Positions 11,100-25,499 of a stretch of 64,000 bases of DNA are shown in pieces; the first letter of the stretch is position 1; each line of letters begins with the position of its first letter. Location of the stretch: the NCBI GenBank assembly GCA_023515725.1, contig JALDTO010000235.1:294371-358370 (forward strand). Direction: 5' to 3'. The notes below the pieces were generated by a model. That model was not told the origin of the DNA and did not search any database. It saw only the letters and a list, made by a program, of their open reading frames with translations. The stretch comes from Amoeboaphelidium protococcarum X5. Its lineage: Eukaryota > Fungi > Aphelidiomycota. Position numbers and translations under genes: made by a program.

Positions 11100-13265
11100 T
11101 CAGTTATTGTCATTACTATTAGATGGAGACAACGGTGATGCACACTCATAAGCGAAGAACGATTCTCTCAATGGAGTGATAGGACTCTACTGAGAGCCTT
11201 AAGGTGAGCCAGTCTTTGCAATAGAAGAAGCAGCAGTGGTCACTTGGAAATTGTCAGCAATGTCCTCCGCAATAGCTTCAGCCTCTTGATCATCATACAC
11301 AGAGTCTACAATGACAGAGTTGTACTTGCTTTAGAGCACGGACGAATGCTTCTATTACTCGACAGGCATCTTCAGGGTAGCCATATCAACTTCTGGCTGC
11401 TCCTCTATACGTTCAATCGATCGCTGAGCCACGACGGATACACTGTCGTCTGGCATTACAGTGCTCACGGACGGCTAAGTCTACCATGATTAGAAAGACT
11501 CTCTTGCCTCATCCAGTGCGACATTACCTTGACTGTACACAGAGTCCCTAGTGAACGATTGACTGAGAGGATGCTTCATGGCTTTGCGCGTCTACGCAAT
11601 AGCCACAGGCTTAAACACTGGCGGTGGAGAGGTTGGGACAAGAGATTGTGGAAAAGCACCAGTATTGCTATGGTTCAAGCGAAGTAGACTGTTAGGCGTC
11701 AAAGGAGAGATTGGTGACTTTGCAGATGGTGTCAGTGTCACGCCGTCATGGAATGATCCAAAGTCAGAACACTGAGATACAGCACTACTAGCAGCTAATG
11801 TCGATGGAGACATGTTATCCAAGATCAAAGTCTTACGGTGATCCAAAACCTGAAGATACGAGTCCCATGAGTCACCAACATTCTGATTGTCGACAGATGG
11901 TGAACGGCTGTCAAGATCTGCAGCTGCAGCAGCAAAAGGAGCAGCTTGTAAATTGGACACGACACGACCATGTTCAACATCTTCAGATGGCTCAAACATC
12001 TACTGTTACTTTTGTAAAGACCGTCTCTTATGGTGACGAACAAAAAGTCCAATAGCAACAGCGCCTACAATGACACCTGCAATTGAACCACTTATGATAG
12101 GTACCAGCTGTCCGCTTCCTTTGGAGCTGTCATCGCCTCCGTTATTGTCTCCGTTTGAGCTACCAGGTTTAGCGAAGTTGAAGTTTGGATCTTATTGTCC
12201 AGCTTCCGCCTAATCATTGTTGCCATTATTATTGCTGCTTGCAGAAGGACCAGTCGCTGGACTTCTTGAGGAATCTTGAGTAACGAGAGCACCGCTTTAC
12301 TAGGACGATTATTAGCCACCAGATAATGACGATCTAGATGGCTATTAAGAGCTTGATCCTGGCTATCCAGCAGGTGTAGATTGAGTGGTCATTTGACCGG
12401 ATGGAATTGCGCCGCCTCCAGATGACCCGCCACCTTAGGATGGTACCCTTAGTGGTGAGGATGGTTGAGGCGAGCCTCCAGCAGAAGGACCTCCGCTAGG
12501 AGCAACAGATGGCTAAGCTGGCGGCGGCGGCGACGGAGGAGTAGGTGACTGAGGTGCAGGATTAGGTGAAGGGCCAGTAGGAGGCGAAGGTGAAGGCTAA
12601 GGATTAGCTGGAGGAGGAGGCGGAGGAGATGATGACTACGGTGGATCAACAGATTATCCAATAACAAGGCCTTAACCAATCGGTGCCGGGGTAGAAGGTA
12701 CACCAGCAGGAGGGGAAGCGCTGTTATCAAACGCATCTCTACTTGTATCATTCTTGTTAAGAGTGACATTGGCAGCAACCAGAGTAGCGTTGCCAGCCTA
12801 AACTGCTGGACCAAGTGGTCTTACATCTTGATTACTAGTTTAATCAGCACCATTGGTAGTGGATTATTAAACAGCCGGCGCTTATTGTTGTCCAGAAGGT
12901 GAAGAAGCTGAGGTAAAGCCGTTAGCAGGTGTACTTGCTGCAACAGGTGACGCTTAGGCAGCGGCGGAGACTGTTGAATGAGCCAAAGTATTCGGTGCAG
13001 CTGCAGCTTACTGCCCAGCAGGTGCAGATTGTTACGGTGAACTATTTTACTATGGAGCTTACGTGGCAGATTAGGAGTCGGCCTGTTACGAGGACCTATT
13101 GAGTCCAATGACATTCTGAGCTGTTGACAAAGCTCGCATCAGATTTCCAGATAGATCTTACGCGTGCACTGCGCAATTGTCTAAACTAAATAGAGACACT
13201 GCTATGAGTAGCATTGAGATAATTCTCGAGATTCCATAATAATGATTTGATTTCAATTGCTTCAT
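11100..13265 (-). CDS. Type I membrane protein with Gln/Pro/Ser/Ala low-complexity ectodomain and disordered tail (signalling-mucin-like, 721 aa)
   Basis: Signal-like IISMLLIAVSLFSLDNCAVHA, Pro-rich stalk, TM LVPIISGSIAGVIVGAVAIGLFV followed by RHHKRR. One uninterrupted table-6 frame ending in TGA. Confidence 0.75.
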
Positions 13266-13689
13266 GTTATCGATCAATGCAAATCCAATTAGGTATATCA
13301 AATTGATTTGTTTCAAGGGTGGATAGATTTAATAATAATGATCGATAGTTTTCCAGTTACAGGTGAGATTAATTCCAAAGTCTAATTATATGAGCAGATA
13401 TTGCAGAGAATGAAATATAAACAGAGAAATATAGCAGATATAATGAGGTAGCAAAATCGTGAACAATGAAATGGTGTTGACGTGTCCAATGATATTCAAG
13501 ATCACGACCAACGTTCTGATCTGAGGTGACACCAAGTTGTGCGATCAGTGCAACGTCACGGCTTTGGCTGTCGAGAGCGATGTAGTCGTACTAATGACCA
13601 CTTGTGCTTAAATCGATTTGAATGTGCGTTAAGTAACAGTCACGTGATTATATAAAAACATTTTCGGTTTCATTATCATAAATATCATT

Positions 13690-16155
13690 TCATTGATCAA
13701 TCTCTTCTACGGAGCTCAGACCGGGCGCGGAAGGTACCTGGATGGTTTTCCTGTGCATGGCCTTCTTCTCTTTATCCGTCAGCACGTCAACAGTTTTCAT
13801 GCGAAATCGTTAATTTCCTTTACTTGTGGGCACTGTCGAGGCGGGCCGTTGTTTCTGATCAGCCACTGGAGGATCTCGACTGCTAGTGTTCTTGGTGCTC
13901 TGTCGGAGGTGTGCCGACAATTTCGTCAGTTGAGTCCAGTCATATTGAGGTAGTTCAGAGTATTACGCTTTCAACTTTTACTTGATTTTCTCAAAGGACA
14001 TTCTTTCCATAGGATTGCCGCTCCAACATATCATCATGATCTCGTTCAAACTCTTCAATAAATCACTTGATCTAATCTAAGCAAGAGTATCCTAATCAAA
14101 CTCTGGTCGTTGTCCCTCTCTGACTGCGCATTCAATCTCATCTGAATGCATTCTATCCCAGCAAGATTTCTTGGCCATCATCTCCCAGATCACTATAGCA
14201 AAAGCGTATACATCAGCCATCTTTTCTTCCTCAGGATTGGTCATGGACATTGCTGATTAATCTTTGCTGGCAGAGGTCACCGTATTTCCCTTCAGGTAGA
14301 GCCGCTTGAAAACTTCAGGTGCAGCATATCTTATTGAGATGCCTTGAACATCTGCAAATTTGGCTCCTTTGATATCAGACTCACCAATAATCTTGGCAAG
14401 TCCAAAATCGCAAATCACCGCACGCCAGTAGTTAGGATCGCCAATCTCTCGAGGTGCGTCAATTAGAATATTATTAGGCTTTATATCACGATGAACAATT
14501 CCAATTGAGTGCATTTCACACAACGCGTCAGACACATGATACGTCATTCGGAAAACTACTTCAGGAGTGAGTGCGTAGTGAAGAGCAGCATTCTTGATGA
14601 CATCGCTTAAAGAACGTGCATAGTACTTCATGACAATAGATAGCGGTTCATCGGTAAATCCAATCAACTTGATTATATTCTCATGGAAATTAAGACTCCA
14701 CATAATGGCCACTTCAGTTTTAAAATTTAGCACTAATTCCTCTTATGTCCACGTACCAGGATTCTTAACTAATTTCACAACTGCATGCTTAGTTCGATAC
14801 TTGGTACGGAGACGATCATCTAGCAGTTCAGCTTCATAGATCACGCCGCCACCACCTTCGGCTATAACTTTATACGGTCTCACGTCAGCATTATAATCAA
14901 TCTTCAAGAATCCAGGAAGAGCAATGGCCGTCTTGGTATTGATCATTGTACAGTCGGCAGGATTCATCATCATTCTCCCAGTGGCACCAAATTGCTATTA
15001 TTGTTGTTCAAATCTATCAACCTCTTCGCCATAAATTTCGTCAAAATCTTGAGATGCTTCAACGCTGTGCAGCTAATCAGCAGACTGTTCAATACTATCA
15101 GCACTTGCTCCAACCGTCTTACTACTTGCATGGAGATTCTTCTTATGCAACTTCTTACGAGAGCCATGTTCAAGATCACCTTGATCAGTGGTTAAAAACA
15201 TTGACAGTCTCTTCTACCTCCTATAACAGCCAATGATTAGTATGATTGACAGCAGGGCAATTACACCAGAGACACAAATTAAAATAATGACAATCATACT
15301 ATTTAGGCCGTTGCTATTACTGTTAGAATTCAGATTATCAGAAGATCCAGGTTAGGATGAAGTGGGAGGCTAGGTACTAAAAGGGAGGTCCGAATTTACA
15401 GTCGACGATGGAGCAGCAGTGGTTGGCATCATTGTACCAGTTGGTATAGTGGCTGAGATAGGGATACATTGCGGTGGACTATTCCAGATACCTCCGTACA
15501 CCTTGGCGTAACTAATGCCATTTCCACCTAGTTATCCGACTGAATCAGGAGGTATAGGAGAGCAAGCGTACGTATTCTATACTGGCGCCTGCTGCACTTC
15601 ACTTATATTCAGACCGATTACAGTCTGTGAGGAAGCTGCAGTATTACCACCTCCTTGACACCGCATAATAAGGCTATTAGTTGAGATGACAGATCCTGCA
15701 GTGATCTACTGGTAGCCAGTGGTGGATGGGATATCATTACAGGACTAGAAGGCATAAGCGTTCGCTGCGGCAATTTCTGAATCTAAAAATGGCTTAGCAA
15801 TACCAATGCCTTGATACTTGCAGACCACTTAATTTACAACTCCAGTTTGCGGATGCACTAGATCAAAGGTGAGGTAGGAGAGTGCGTCTCCGGAATTTCC
15901 AGCCGGTAGATTGGTGACATTAAGGAAGCGAGGAACTTCAATCACAAGCGATTAACTGTCCAATGATACAGTTCCGTTAGGAGAACCAGCATAAGACAGA
16001 TATGCGTCAACGTATCTCATAGTACCAAAATTAGTTACCACATTTGCCGTCGCCTACAATTGATAAAATCGACATGGTCTCACCGGCGTGCAATCTTGAG
16101 CCCAAGTCCCTAAGATGGAGCACGCTGCAACGATAATAAAACTGAATCGCAACAT
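13690..16155 (-). CDS. Receptor-like protein kinase (TKL-like RD kinase) with an unrecognised Cys-containing ectodomain (821 aa)
   Basis: Signal peptide MLRFSFIIVAACSILGTWA, TM MIVIILICVSGVIALLSIILIIG, and kinase motifs AEGGGG, VVK, HRDIKPNN, DFG, YAAPE, DVYAF. Confidence 0.9.
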
Positions 16156-16416
16156 ACTACTTTATAATAAGCAATTAATCACCTCCAATAATATATACTG
16201 AATTCAACAGCATTGATAATAAAATTCAGGCGTCCATCTTGCCAGCGGAAACTATTTTTACAATCGTCTCCATGGGAACTATATCTTAGTAACTTTCATA
16301 GTCCATCTACCTGGAATAAGGAAATGCAGTGGTTAAGAAGGAAGTAATTATAAAAGCATCAAAATCAATATATATTTCAAACAATCACATTAATACCATG
16401 TGCTTCACATGCCTAT

Positions 16417-18726
16417 TCATTCATCGCCAAAAGCAACGCGTCCAATTCCAAACATCTATGCAACATGAGCTTCAGACACTTTCTCTGGAGATAGATTGCG
16501 CTGACTAGGAACTTCTCTCCTCAAGCTAGGCTTCTTCTAAGTGAAACCAGTGGCAACTCTTTTAGCAATCTTCCTCTTTGCTGCTGACTCTTGTTCGCTG
16601 TCATTAACTTCGCTTATGGTCAACAAATTCTTTACTGGGGAACCAGCTTTAGTTTCAACTTCAGCATTAGGAAGGTCCTTCAACACTCTCTGCAACATCC
16701 TGATCCACATATCGTGCTCTTGCTTATTCTCAGCATAAAAGTCTATTACTTCACCATGTTTAAACACCAGTCGAAATTGATTAGACATTGACATCATCTC
16801 ATACTCACGGCCGGGACGGTCTTCAATGGCTACAACCTGAGTCAAATCGATAGTAGTCCTATACTCACGCGTAAATTCATGATGAGCTTATAGCTGAGCA
16901 CCGACCAATTTAAAGAAGCGTCTACGCCAGAATTTGATATCACCGCCCTCCTAATTCAGAAAGCCTTCATACCATTCAGTGGAATGCCATTAGCATTACA
17001 GCATCCACGCCACAGCTTCAGACATGGTTGATGGCACTTCTTGAATCGGCGTCGCGGATGAATCTTCAACAACTAGAACCTTGAAATTGACAAATCCTCC
17101 CTCACTGATTTGTACATTGTACTTGTCAGTCGTAGCATCATCAGCAGAAAATCTAGATTTAGGCCTGACTGAGAGTCTTCTAAACAGACTCTATCCCACC
17201 TCCATGACCGATGAAGCTCTTGAAGGTGCTCGTGTATCAAACTAACTTGCACTAGATGATCTCAAATCCTTTACGTGCCAGTCTACTTTATGGCAACTGA
17301 TTTCATCGCTTGACTTGAGCACATTATCATCAAGTTTAATAGTACCGATATCAATGTCCTTTGCGACAGATATTTCTCTCTTGGCAAATCTATCGCTTTT
17401 CTACAGCAATCTGTTGCTCTTCTTGTAGTAGACAACGTGAGCATGCAATGACAGCTGAACATGATCTCCAGTCATGGCAATAAAAGCCATTTCTTCATCA
17501 AAGGTTATAGGAGCATAAAGATTCTAAGAGCAGAAAGACACAGGTGCACTTTGATAAAGGACTTCACCACGCAAGGACAGTTTGCAAAAGACACGAACAA
17601 CATCGGGCACCTTATTAAAATTGAGCACCAAACCTCTAACATCTTACAGCTTGACAAACACCTTGGATTACTTCGAGTTTTACTGGGTAAAAAGACTCTC
17701 CAATGCAGGACGAGAACCAATAGATGCACGCTTGTAAGTGTTACTGGCTACGGAGGCGGAACTCTTGAAAGTCAGCGTCTGCTCCAAGTTACCACGCCAG
17801 CTTTTGCCAAACTTTACACTTTTGTTGATGTCCTCCCGGGAATGATTATCGTCTACAAGCAGTAACTTTGGCTCTAGCTGCTTAATCAAATTGGCCAAAT
17901 CATCATTACTCTTCTCCTAAGATGCATTCAATTCTTTGACTTCACTCTCAGACGGCACATGAAGGGCTTTGCTTGAGGCAGCGTCTTCTATAACAACCTT
18001 ATTAGTAAAATTTTCATAAATTTAATCGTTGTCTTTATAACCGTCAGATACTTGAATATCTTGAATGTTTTAAGCATCTTCTACTACCTGAGTCTCAGAT
18101 TGGTGAACAGGAATAGAGGGTCGTTTCTTGATGTCTAATGGCTCTACTTTGCGTGACTAGACTGGTTTTTGCACTGCAGCAATTTCGCGACTTTCTATAG
18201 TCATACTCTCTTCTTCAACCTTGGTGTTGACATCACTTACAAGTTCAGATTACATGTCTGAAGGAATATTATGCAACACAGCTTCTTTCGACGACACTGG
18301 GCGAGTGATACGAATAGAGTCAGATGCAACTTTCTGGCGAATCAGTTTAGAAATAACGCCATCCTCAATCTTATCAGCCAGAATTAGAGGAGCCAAGGCT
18401 TCACAATCAGCAGAACTAAAGCATTAATGCATCTTTGGGATAAAAGAGACCAGAATTTTGGCAGCTGAGACTGCTGGCTTACACCCGGGATCAGTAAGCA
18501 CCTTCAACAGCGCCAGTTGCAAAGCACAAACGGACATATGATCATCAATCTTCTTAGAAGTGCAGTACTGTTTAATCTCAGGTGTAGTTTCAGCCACATC
18601 CATAGTCCATTCAAGTCTTTGCAGTCCAGTTGAAACATCCGGTGTCAGGTATAACAAGCGGTTCAACGTGCTAGTATTACTAGTGAGAATAGCTTCAAAC
18701 CAATTCTTTCGCTACTAGACTGACAT
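16417..18726 (-). CDS. BUD4: Bud4/Int1-like anillin-related protein with C-terminal PH domain (769 aa)
   Basis: WYEGFLNQEGGDIKFWRRRFFKLVGAQLQAHHE...TIDL...FRLVFKHGEVIDFYAE matches the fungal Bud4-type PH domain. Confidence 0.75.
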
Positions 18727-19233
18727 TATCTTCCTGATAATAAAATGTTAAGCTCTTTGTTAGCAGTTGAGACAGAATAAATAGTATGCCGTTCTGTAAG
18801 GAGAGTAAGAGCCAACATTGTCGGCATCAAACAATGGTATGATAAGTTATAGAAAGAGGTTGCCATGGAAACACTTTACGCGCAATCATCGTATGGCAGT
18901 AAATCACTGCTCAATCAGACAGTCTTAAAACAATGCCCATCTTAGCTTTAGTAATGCGACATTATATTGTTACACATCAAATAATGGATACTTTTCAAAA
19001 TTCACACTTTCGAATGATGACACAGCTAAGGAGAAAACCACATGGACATCCCAATCTTGACCATGAGCTGTGATTCAGTGAGAGAAGTGATTACGTTTTG
19101 AGGCGATAAGCCCCGCGTTCCCAGTTTAAAAGTTGGAGAGTTGCAACGGGCTATCTCTTTCTGATAGTGGAACTTGACATTGATTGATCACGTCTATAAA
19201 CTATCGCATTTTAATAACATCACACTTAGAGCT

Positions 19234-19824
19234 ATGAAGGTTACGTTTGCTTTATTGTCCGCTTTGGCTGTCTGCTTCGCTAACTAGGAACTGCATCAGT
19301 CCGTGAATGAGCTGAGCAAGTTTGTCGAAATGCTAGCTCCATCATTGGCTGCCTCCTCTGCTGCTGCTACCACTTCTTCAATCTCTGAGAAGAAGCCTGT
19401 CGAGTTTTGCTGGAAGAAGTTCGACTTGCCAAAGTTTCCACCGCGCAGAAATGCTTTCGATTCTGCCAACGTGTGTCCTAGCAATCAGCTGCAGGTGCAG
19501 ACTCAGGGTGATAGCTCCGACCTGTGCATCACCGCTAGCTGCCCTCCTAGCCTGCCATACGCGTGCGGTATTGCCTGCACTGTCTCTCACGACACTTGCA
19601 CCAAGGAGGCTGCCAATGTATCGCTGGCCATCTTTCAAGTGATCGAGTATATCTAAAACTAGAACTGGACCGGCGCACTGATCACTGCTTAGAGACTGGT
19701 TTCCAAGCTGCGTGGTTGGCCTCTATGCGATGACCTGCTGTCCTCTGCTGATCAGGATACTGTTGTCATCATCCAGAACGTTATTCAGATAATCAAAGAC
19801 TAGATGACTTTTACTAAGAACTGA
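19234..19824 (+). CDS. Small secreted cysteine-rich protein (196 aa)
   Basis: Signal peptide MKVTFALLSALAVCFA and Cys cluster FCWKK...CPS...LC...CPPSLPYACGIACTVSHDTC. Confidence 0.75.
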
Positions 19825-20086
19825 GTGGAGGTTGTTACTGGCTATCTAATAAAACTATCTTAATACCTAAGACTACTGAAATATTAAAATGGTATCAATA
19901 CATTATAATTGTAATGACTCTTGCATTGCACTTTTATCTTGACTTGTGAATTGCTGTCGATCTTATCATTATCACCCGTTGATCATCGATCCCGAAAATC
20001 GTGTTCGTCCGTTAACTCTTCATTAGGCTATTGTATTTCGGCATATTTATTCACAAGCAGACCATAAAAATATATACACAATAATT

Positions 20087-21192
<1,106 letters not shown>

Positions 21193-21394
21193 TAAATATT
21201 ATATTTTAATTAGAAATTTTGCATCTTGAGATTACGAAGGAACCGATTTACGGGTTTGCCAAGACAAAGGGGCTATACTTGGCAGGAGTCATCGTGATGA
21301 ATGAATACCGACATACTTAATACTCACTTGTTAAGCTTTCAAAGAATCTATCTAATTACGTAAATTCATAATATTCAATTACTGCTTTTTCATA

Positions 21395-21766
21395 ATGAAC
21401 GCGTCAATTCTGTTTGCTCTGGTGCTATCTGTGATCTGTGGTGTGTAATCTCAGACTTTTGAATAGGCTCAAGATACTGTGCTGCAAGTGGCTCAGGATC
21501 CTTAGGTGCAGCAAACTGCAAATGATATCTACAATCAGCTGATCAATTCTACTGATATTCAGACTTCTGGTAGCGTGGATAATGGTCAAGCTACTATCAC
21601 CAGTCCTCTGGTCAACGGAACTGTCACTAATAATAATGGCAATATCAGCTTTGTTGGCAAGGTCGCTAATGTCAGTGATATTGTTCCATCTGGCGCAAGT
21701 ACTGCTGAAAAGTCTTCTATTGCTTTTGGTTCTGCACTGGCTCTGGTTGCATATAGTATGCTATGA
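21395..21766 (+). CDS. Small secreted, probably GPI-anchored protein (123 aa)
   Basis: Signal peptide MNASILFALVLSVICGVQS and a hydrophobic C-terminus after small residues (PSGASTAEKSSIAFGSALALVAYSML). Confidence 0.7.
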
Positions 21767-21975
21767 GTCTTGATTTCGTGATCATTTAAAATGAATAAAA
21801 ATTTTTTAATGTTTAATCGGATATGCTTTCATAGCCCGTATCATATACTGTATGTTTACAATTTTAATTAAATACTAGGGGTTTTAATACTAAAGATGTT
21901 GTATTTAAATGCGAATAATATCGCTGTATATTGTGACAAGGATCTTACCTTTTGGCAACCAATGTAACAACGTAG

Positions 21976-21985
21976 CTATTTTTAG
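21976..21985 (+). promoter_or_regulatory. Candidate MEF2/Rlm1 MADS-box site CTATTTTTAG upstream of receptor copy A (equivalents at 28009, 31577, 35154, 49653, 63265)
   Basis: Matches CTA(A/T)4TAG. Lies 146-194 bp upstream of the ATG in all six paralogues (copy C has one mismatch). Confidence 0.5.
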
Positions 21986-22152
21986 CCTAATGGTGATGCA
22001 TATCAGTTCATCGCCATATTATAATAGTCTGTTTACATTTAACTTATTATTACAACTACTTCTGTCTAAAGTAATAAAGTGCGTTCAAATATTACTGTTG
22101 ACTGAACTCTGCTTATTCACTAGACTGTTTAAGCTAACTCTATCAACAACTA

Positions 22153-24588
22153 ATGCTCGTATCTGTTATTCTTGTCATATGCTGGTTTGTCACAGCTGTA
22201 ACTTGCGATTATGCAAATGTGTCATGGGTTGGCACGCTTTCTAACAACTTGCTGTAATACATTGACACTGTGACTGATCTGAATGGTGATTTCATTGTAA
22301 CATATTGGTACACCAATATTCAATCTCAGTTTGTCAACTCATTCAATGGTGCTGTATAAAACACGTAGAATTACTATTATGGATTATATTCGTCTTCATT
22401 TGTTAAAATCAGTGGCTTAACTGGCTAAATTTTGTGGACTATATCAATGTCAGGCCCAGAAGGTGCTTACAGTTATTAGCTAACAACCGACAACTAAGGC
22501 AATCTAATTGCCACAGGTCAACTTTATGCTGGCACTGCTGCTTTGAGATTTTATTTCAATGGTGTATTAGTCTATACTTTAACATAAAGCACGACTACCT
22601 CATGGCATGCGAAGTGGTCTTCATCGGGTCAGTTATAATGGGCTGGTTTTTAATCTAATGAGTTCATGAAAATTAAGGGGCTTGCATCGGATTCTGTCAA
22701 CAACATCTATCAACTCGCTCAAACCAACCAAGCTCTGTCATATACTTACGGTGGATTTAGCTTTAGTCCCACAACTACAGTCTGCAATGTGCGCAAGGTA
22801 AATCCTAGCGGTGTCCAGGTATGGAAGGTAAACATTGGGTATGCTGCCGTGGTAACATGTAGCTCTGCCATTGCCGTGTCTTAAACAACTGGTGACGTGT
22901 ATGTGACGGGATCGTTCACTTTTGGAGACACCTTGTAAAATGGTTATAATACTCCAATTGGCTTACTCGGTATTCGTGATTCTACCAACCAGCTTTTCAT
23001 CACCTAACAAAGCAATATGACTCTGAAGTCAGCTTTGTTTCTGGCCAAGTTTAATAGCAATGGTGTCTTCTAATGGCTAATGCGTATAGACGATTCTCAG
23101 CCGTCACCATCCGCTCTAAGTGTATCACCGAATGGAAATGTTGTCCTTGTTGGGAATTATCAGAACACAGCATCACCTCTCAAATTCTATGACACTAACG
23201 GTTAAATGGTCCGCAGTGTAAATCCTACTCGAGCAATGATGAGTGGCTTTGTGGCTACGTACAGTTCAAATGGTTCTTTAATATATGTCGCGACAATAGA
23301 CGGAAGTGACGATGATTAGCCGTTTGACTGTGTAGTCGATGCTAATTCAAATGTCTTTGTGGCAGCTTAGCTTTCATTGTCCCCCGTGGGAGTAGTTGAT
23401 GGGTTGGGAAACAATTAAAGTATACCATCATCTCAGGCTACTGTATTAAAATTTAGTTCATCTGGTACATTCCTGTATAGTTTCCGTGGCACCAGTGTTG
23501 GTGAAATAAAAGCCGTAAATATTTTACGAGGAGTTAACAATAGTCTGATCTTGGTTGGAAGTTTTGCTAACGTGTCAATCCTCTTTGATAGCTCCGCCAA
23601 TTATGGTATGAATTTGCCCACATCTGTTGGAGGTTTGGTATTTGCAAAGTACTTAGATTATGTGGAAACGCCAAGAACTACTACCACTACTACAACCACA
23701 ACAACTACGACTACTACGAGCACAACAACTACGACTACTACGACCACTACTACGAGCACAACTACGATTACTACTACCACAATTAGTACGACAACAACAA
23801 GTACGACTACGATTGCAACTATGACGACTAGCAATATTACTTTGACATCTGAGTCATTGTCAACTTAAGCCATAACGTCCCCAATCTCAGTAGACGATAT
23901 AGCGAGCACGCACTTCAGTTAAACTTTAATTCTCTACTCTACTTATACATCTACAGATTAGCTTTTCATCGTCACTAATGTTGACTCCCAAAGCTCTGCT
24001 GTCAATGCAAAATCGGCTGCTTCGATGACCCTATCTGGATCTATGGAATCTCTCAATTTAAGTACAGTCTCTTCTTCCAGTTTGAACGTCATTGGTACCA
24101 GTCTATGGTTTATTAGTGATTAATTGGCATTGACTGACAGTCACACGGTTAGTAGTCAAAAACTGTCAGTTTCATAGTACGCAACTACTGCTACTACTCC
24201 ACAGAGTACGCTTTAAATATCCGGGTCCTATACATTTGTTGTTGGCAACACTGTTTTCACTTCTCAAACTCAGGCTGATGGAGATAGCGGTAATAGCAAT
24301 ACTTAGAGTAATAATGTGTCTGGTAATCAGAATTCCGGAGCAGTGTCCTTCTTCTCTGATACAAGCAAATTGGCAGCTGTAGCAGCAGCGTTCTTCGTTC
24401 TGGTCAGTATTTTAGCGTACGTGATGGCCAAATGTGCAAATAGGCGTAAAACTAGAAAGTGGGCATTGCATAAGAATTACAGCAACGCCATCACGACGAC
24501 AACCATGGACATGAACGGTATGACTGCAATGAACGCCACCATCCCTGTGCATCAAACGACTATGATGTAGTAGAATTAGCAGAATTGA
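22153..24588 (+). CDS. Propeller receptor family copy A: beta-propeller + Thr stalk + TM + short tail, no kinase (811 aa)
   Basis: Single table-6 frame with ectodomain homologous to copies B-F. TM LAAVAAAFFVLVSILAYVMA is followed by KCANRRK, and TGA comes about 50 codons later. Confidence 0.85.
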
Positions 24589-25499
24589 TTTAACTATGAT
24601 TGCAAACGTAAGATAATGACAAAGAATAAAAATTAGATGTATTTTATGAACCGCCCAGAATCCGCTCACTTTACAGTCTCTGTGTATAGAATTTATCTGT
24701 TTGATGGGCAGTTAAATGTAAAGATCAGAGATGGTACAATTAATATCTTGTTTACCGTGTTGACGCGTTTCATTCGCTCTCTTTCTTTTATCACACACAC
24801 TGGTTGAAACAATAGTAAATGTCTTTGTCATCTCATTTCATATTCACTTCACTCTTTCACGTTTTACTACTTATTGCGTTTTGTGTGATGGTGGAAATTC
24901 CTCAAAGCATGGTGCAAATAGATTTACAAATGCAGCTGTGGAGTTAACAGAAGATAGAGGGGTGGTAAGGGACTCTCAAATCTAGTGCAACATTTGAACT
25001 GCTGACATAAAGAATGGATAGAATGCGCAGATAGTCATCTTTGCTTGGGAAAATATGGTAAGCAAAATACTGATTGCGCAGTCTTCAGTGATTGAGCAGT
25101 ATGGATTACTTACACTGCGGCTGATGGTTTTGAAGCTTTTGCCTTCTTTCATGTAGGAAATAAAATAGATTAAAGTCAATTGAAAAGTATTTGTGCCGTG
25201 TACCTGAGCTCTATTTAATCGATTTATTCTATTCTATATTACTTATTCTATCATCAATTGATCATCCATAAATTCTGGTTTATTTCCAGTTGGTTTCCAA
25301 TCGCTGGTGTTGGAGGAGCGCGTCATTTGCTCAGCTGCAGTCAGCATGGTTGATACATGTTATTGATGTCGAGTTTGTGGATGCTCTGTAACGCATTCTT
25401 GATCGCCAAAGTCTATGAGATAGTAGTATGGACCTTCTTGAGATGGAGAAGATTAAATATGCAGATTATTAGGCGTTAATAATTATAACGTCTTGCATG

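Noticed and set aside
16252-16261. CTATTTTTAC upstream of the RD receptor kinase as another MEF2 box
   Set aside because: Mismatch at a consensus position and a single instance in AT-rich DNA.
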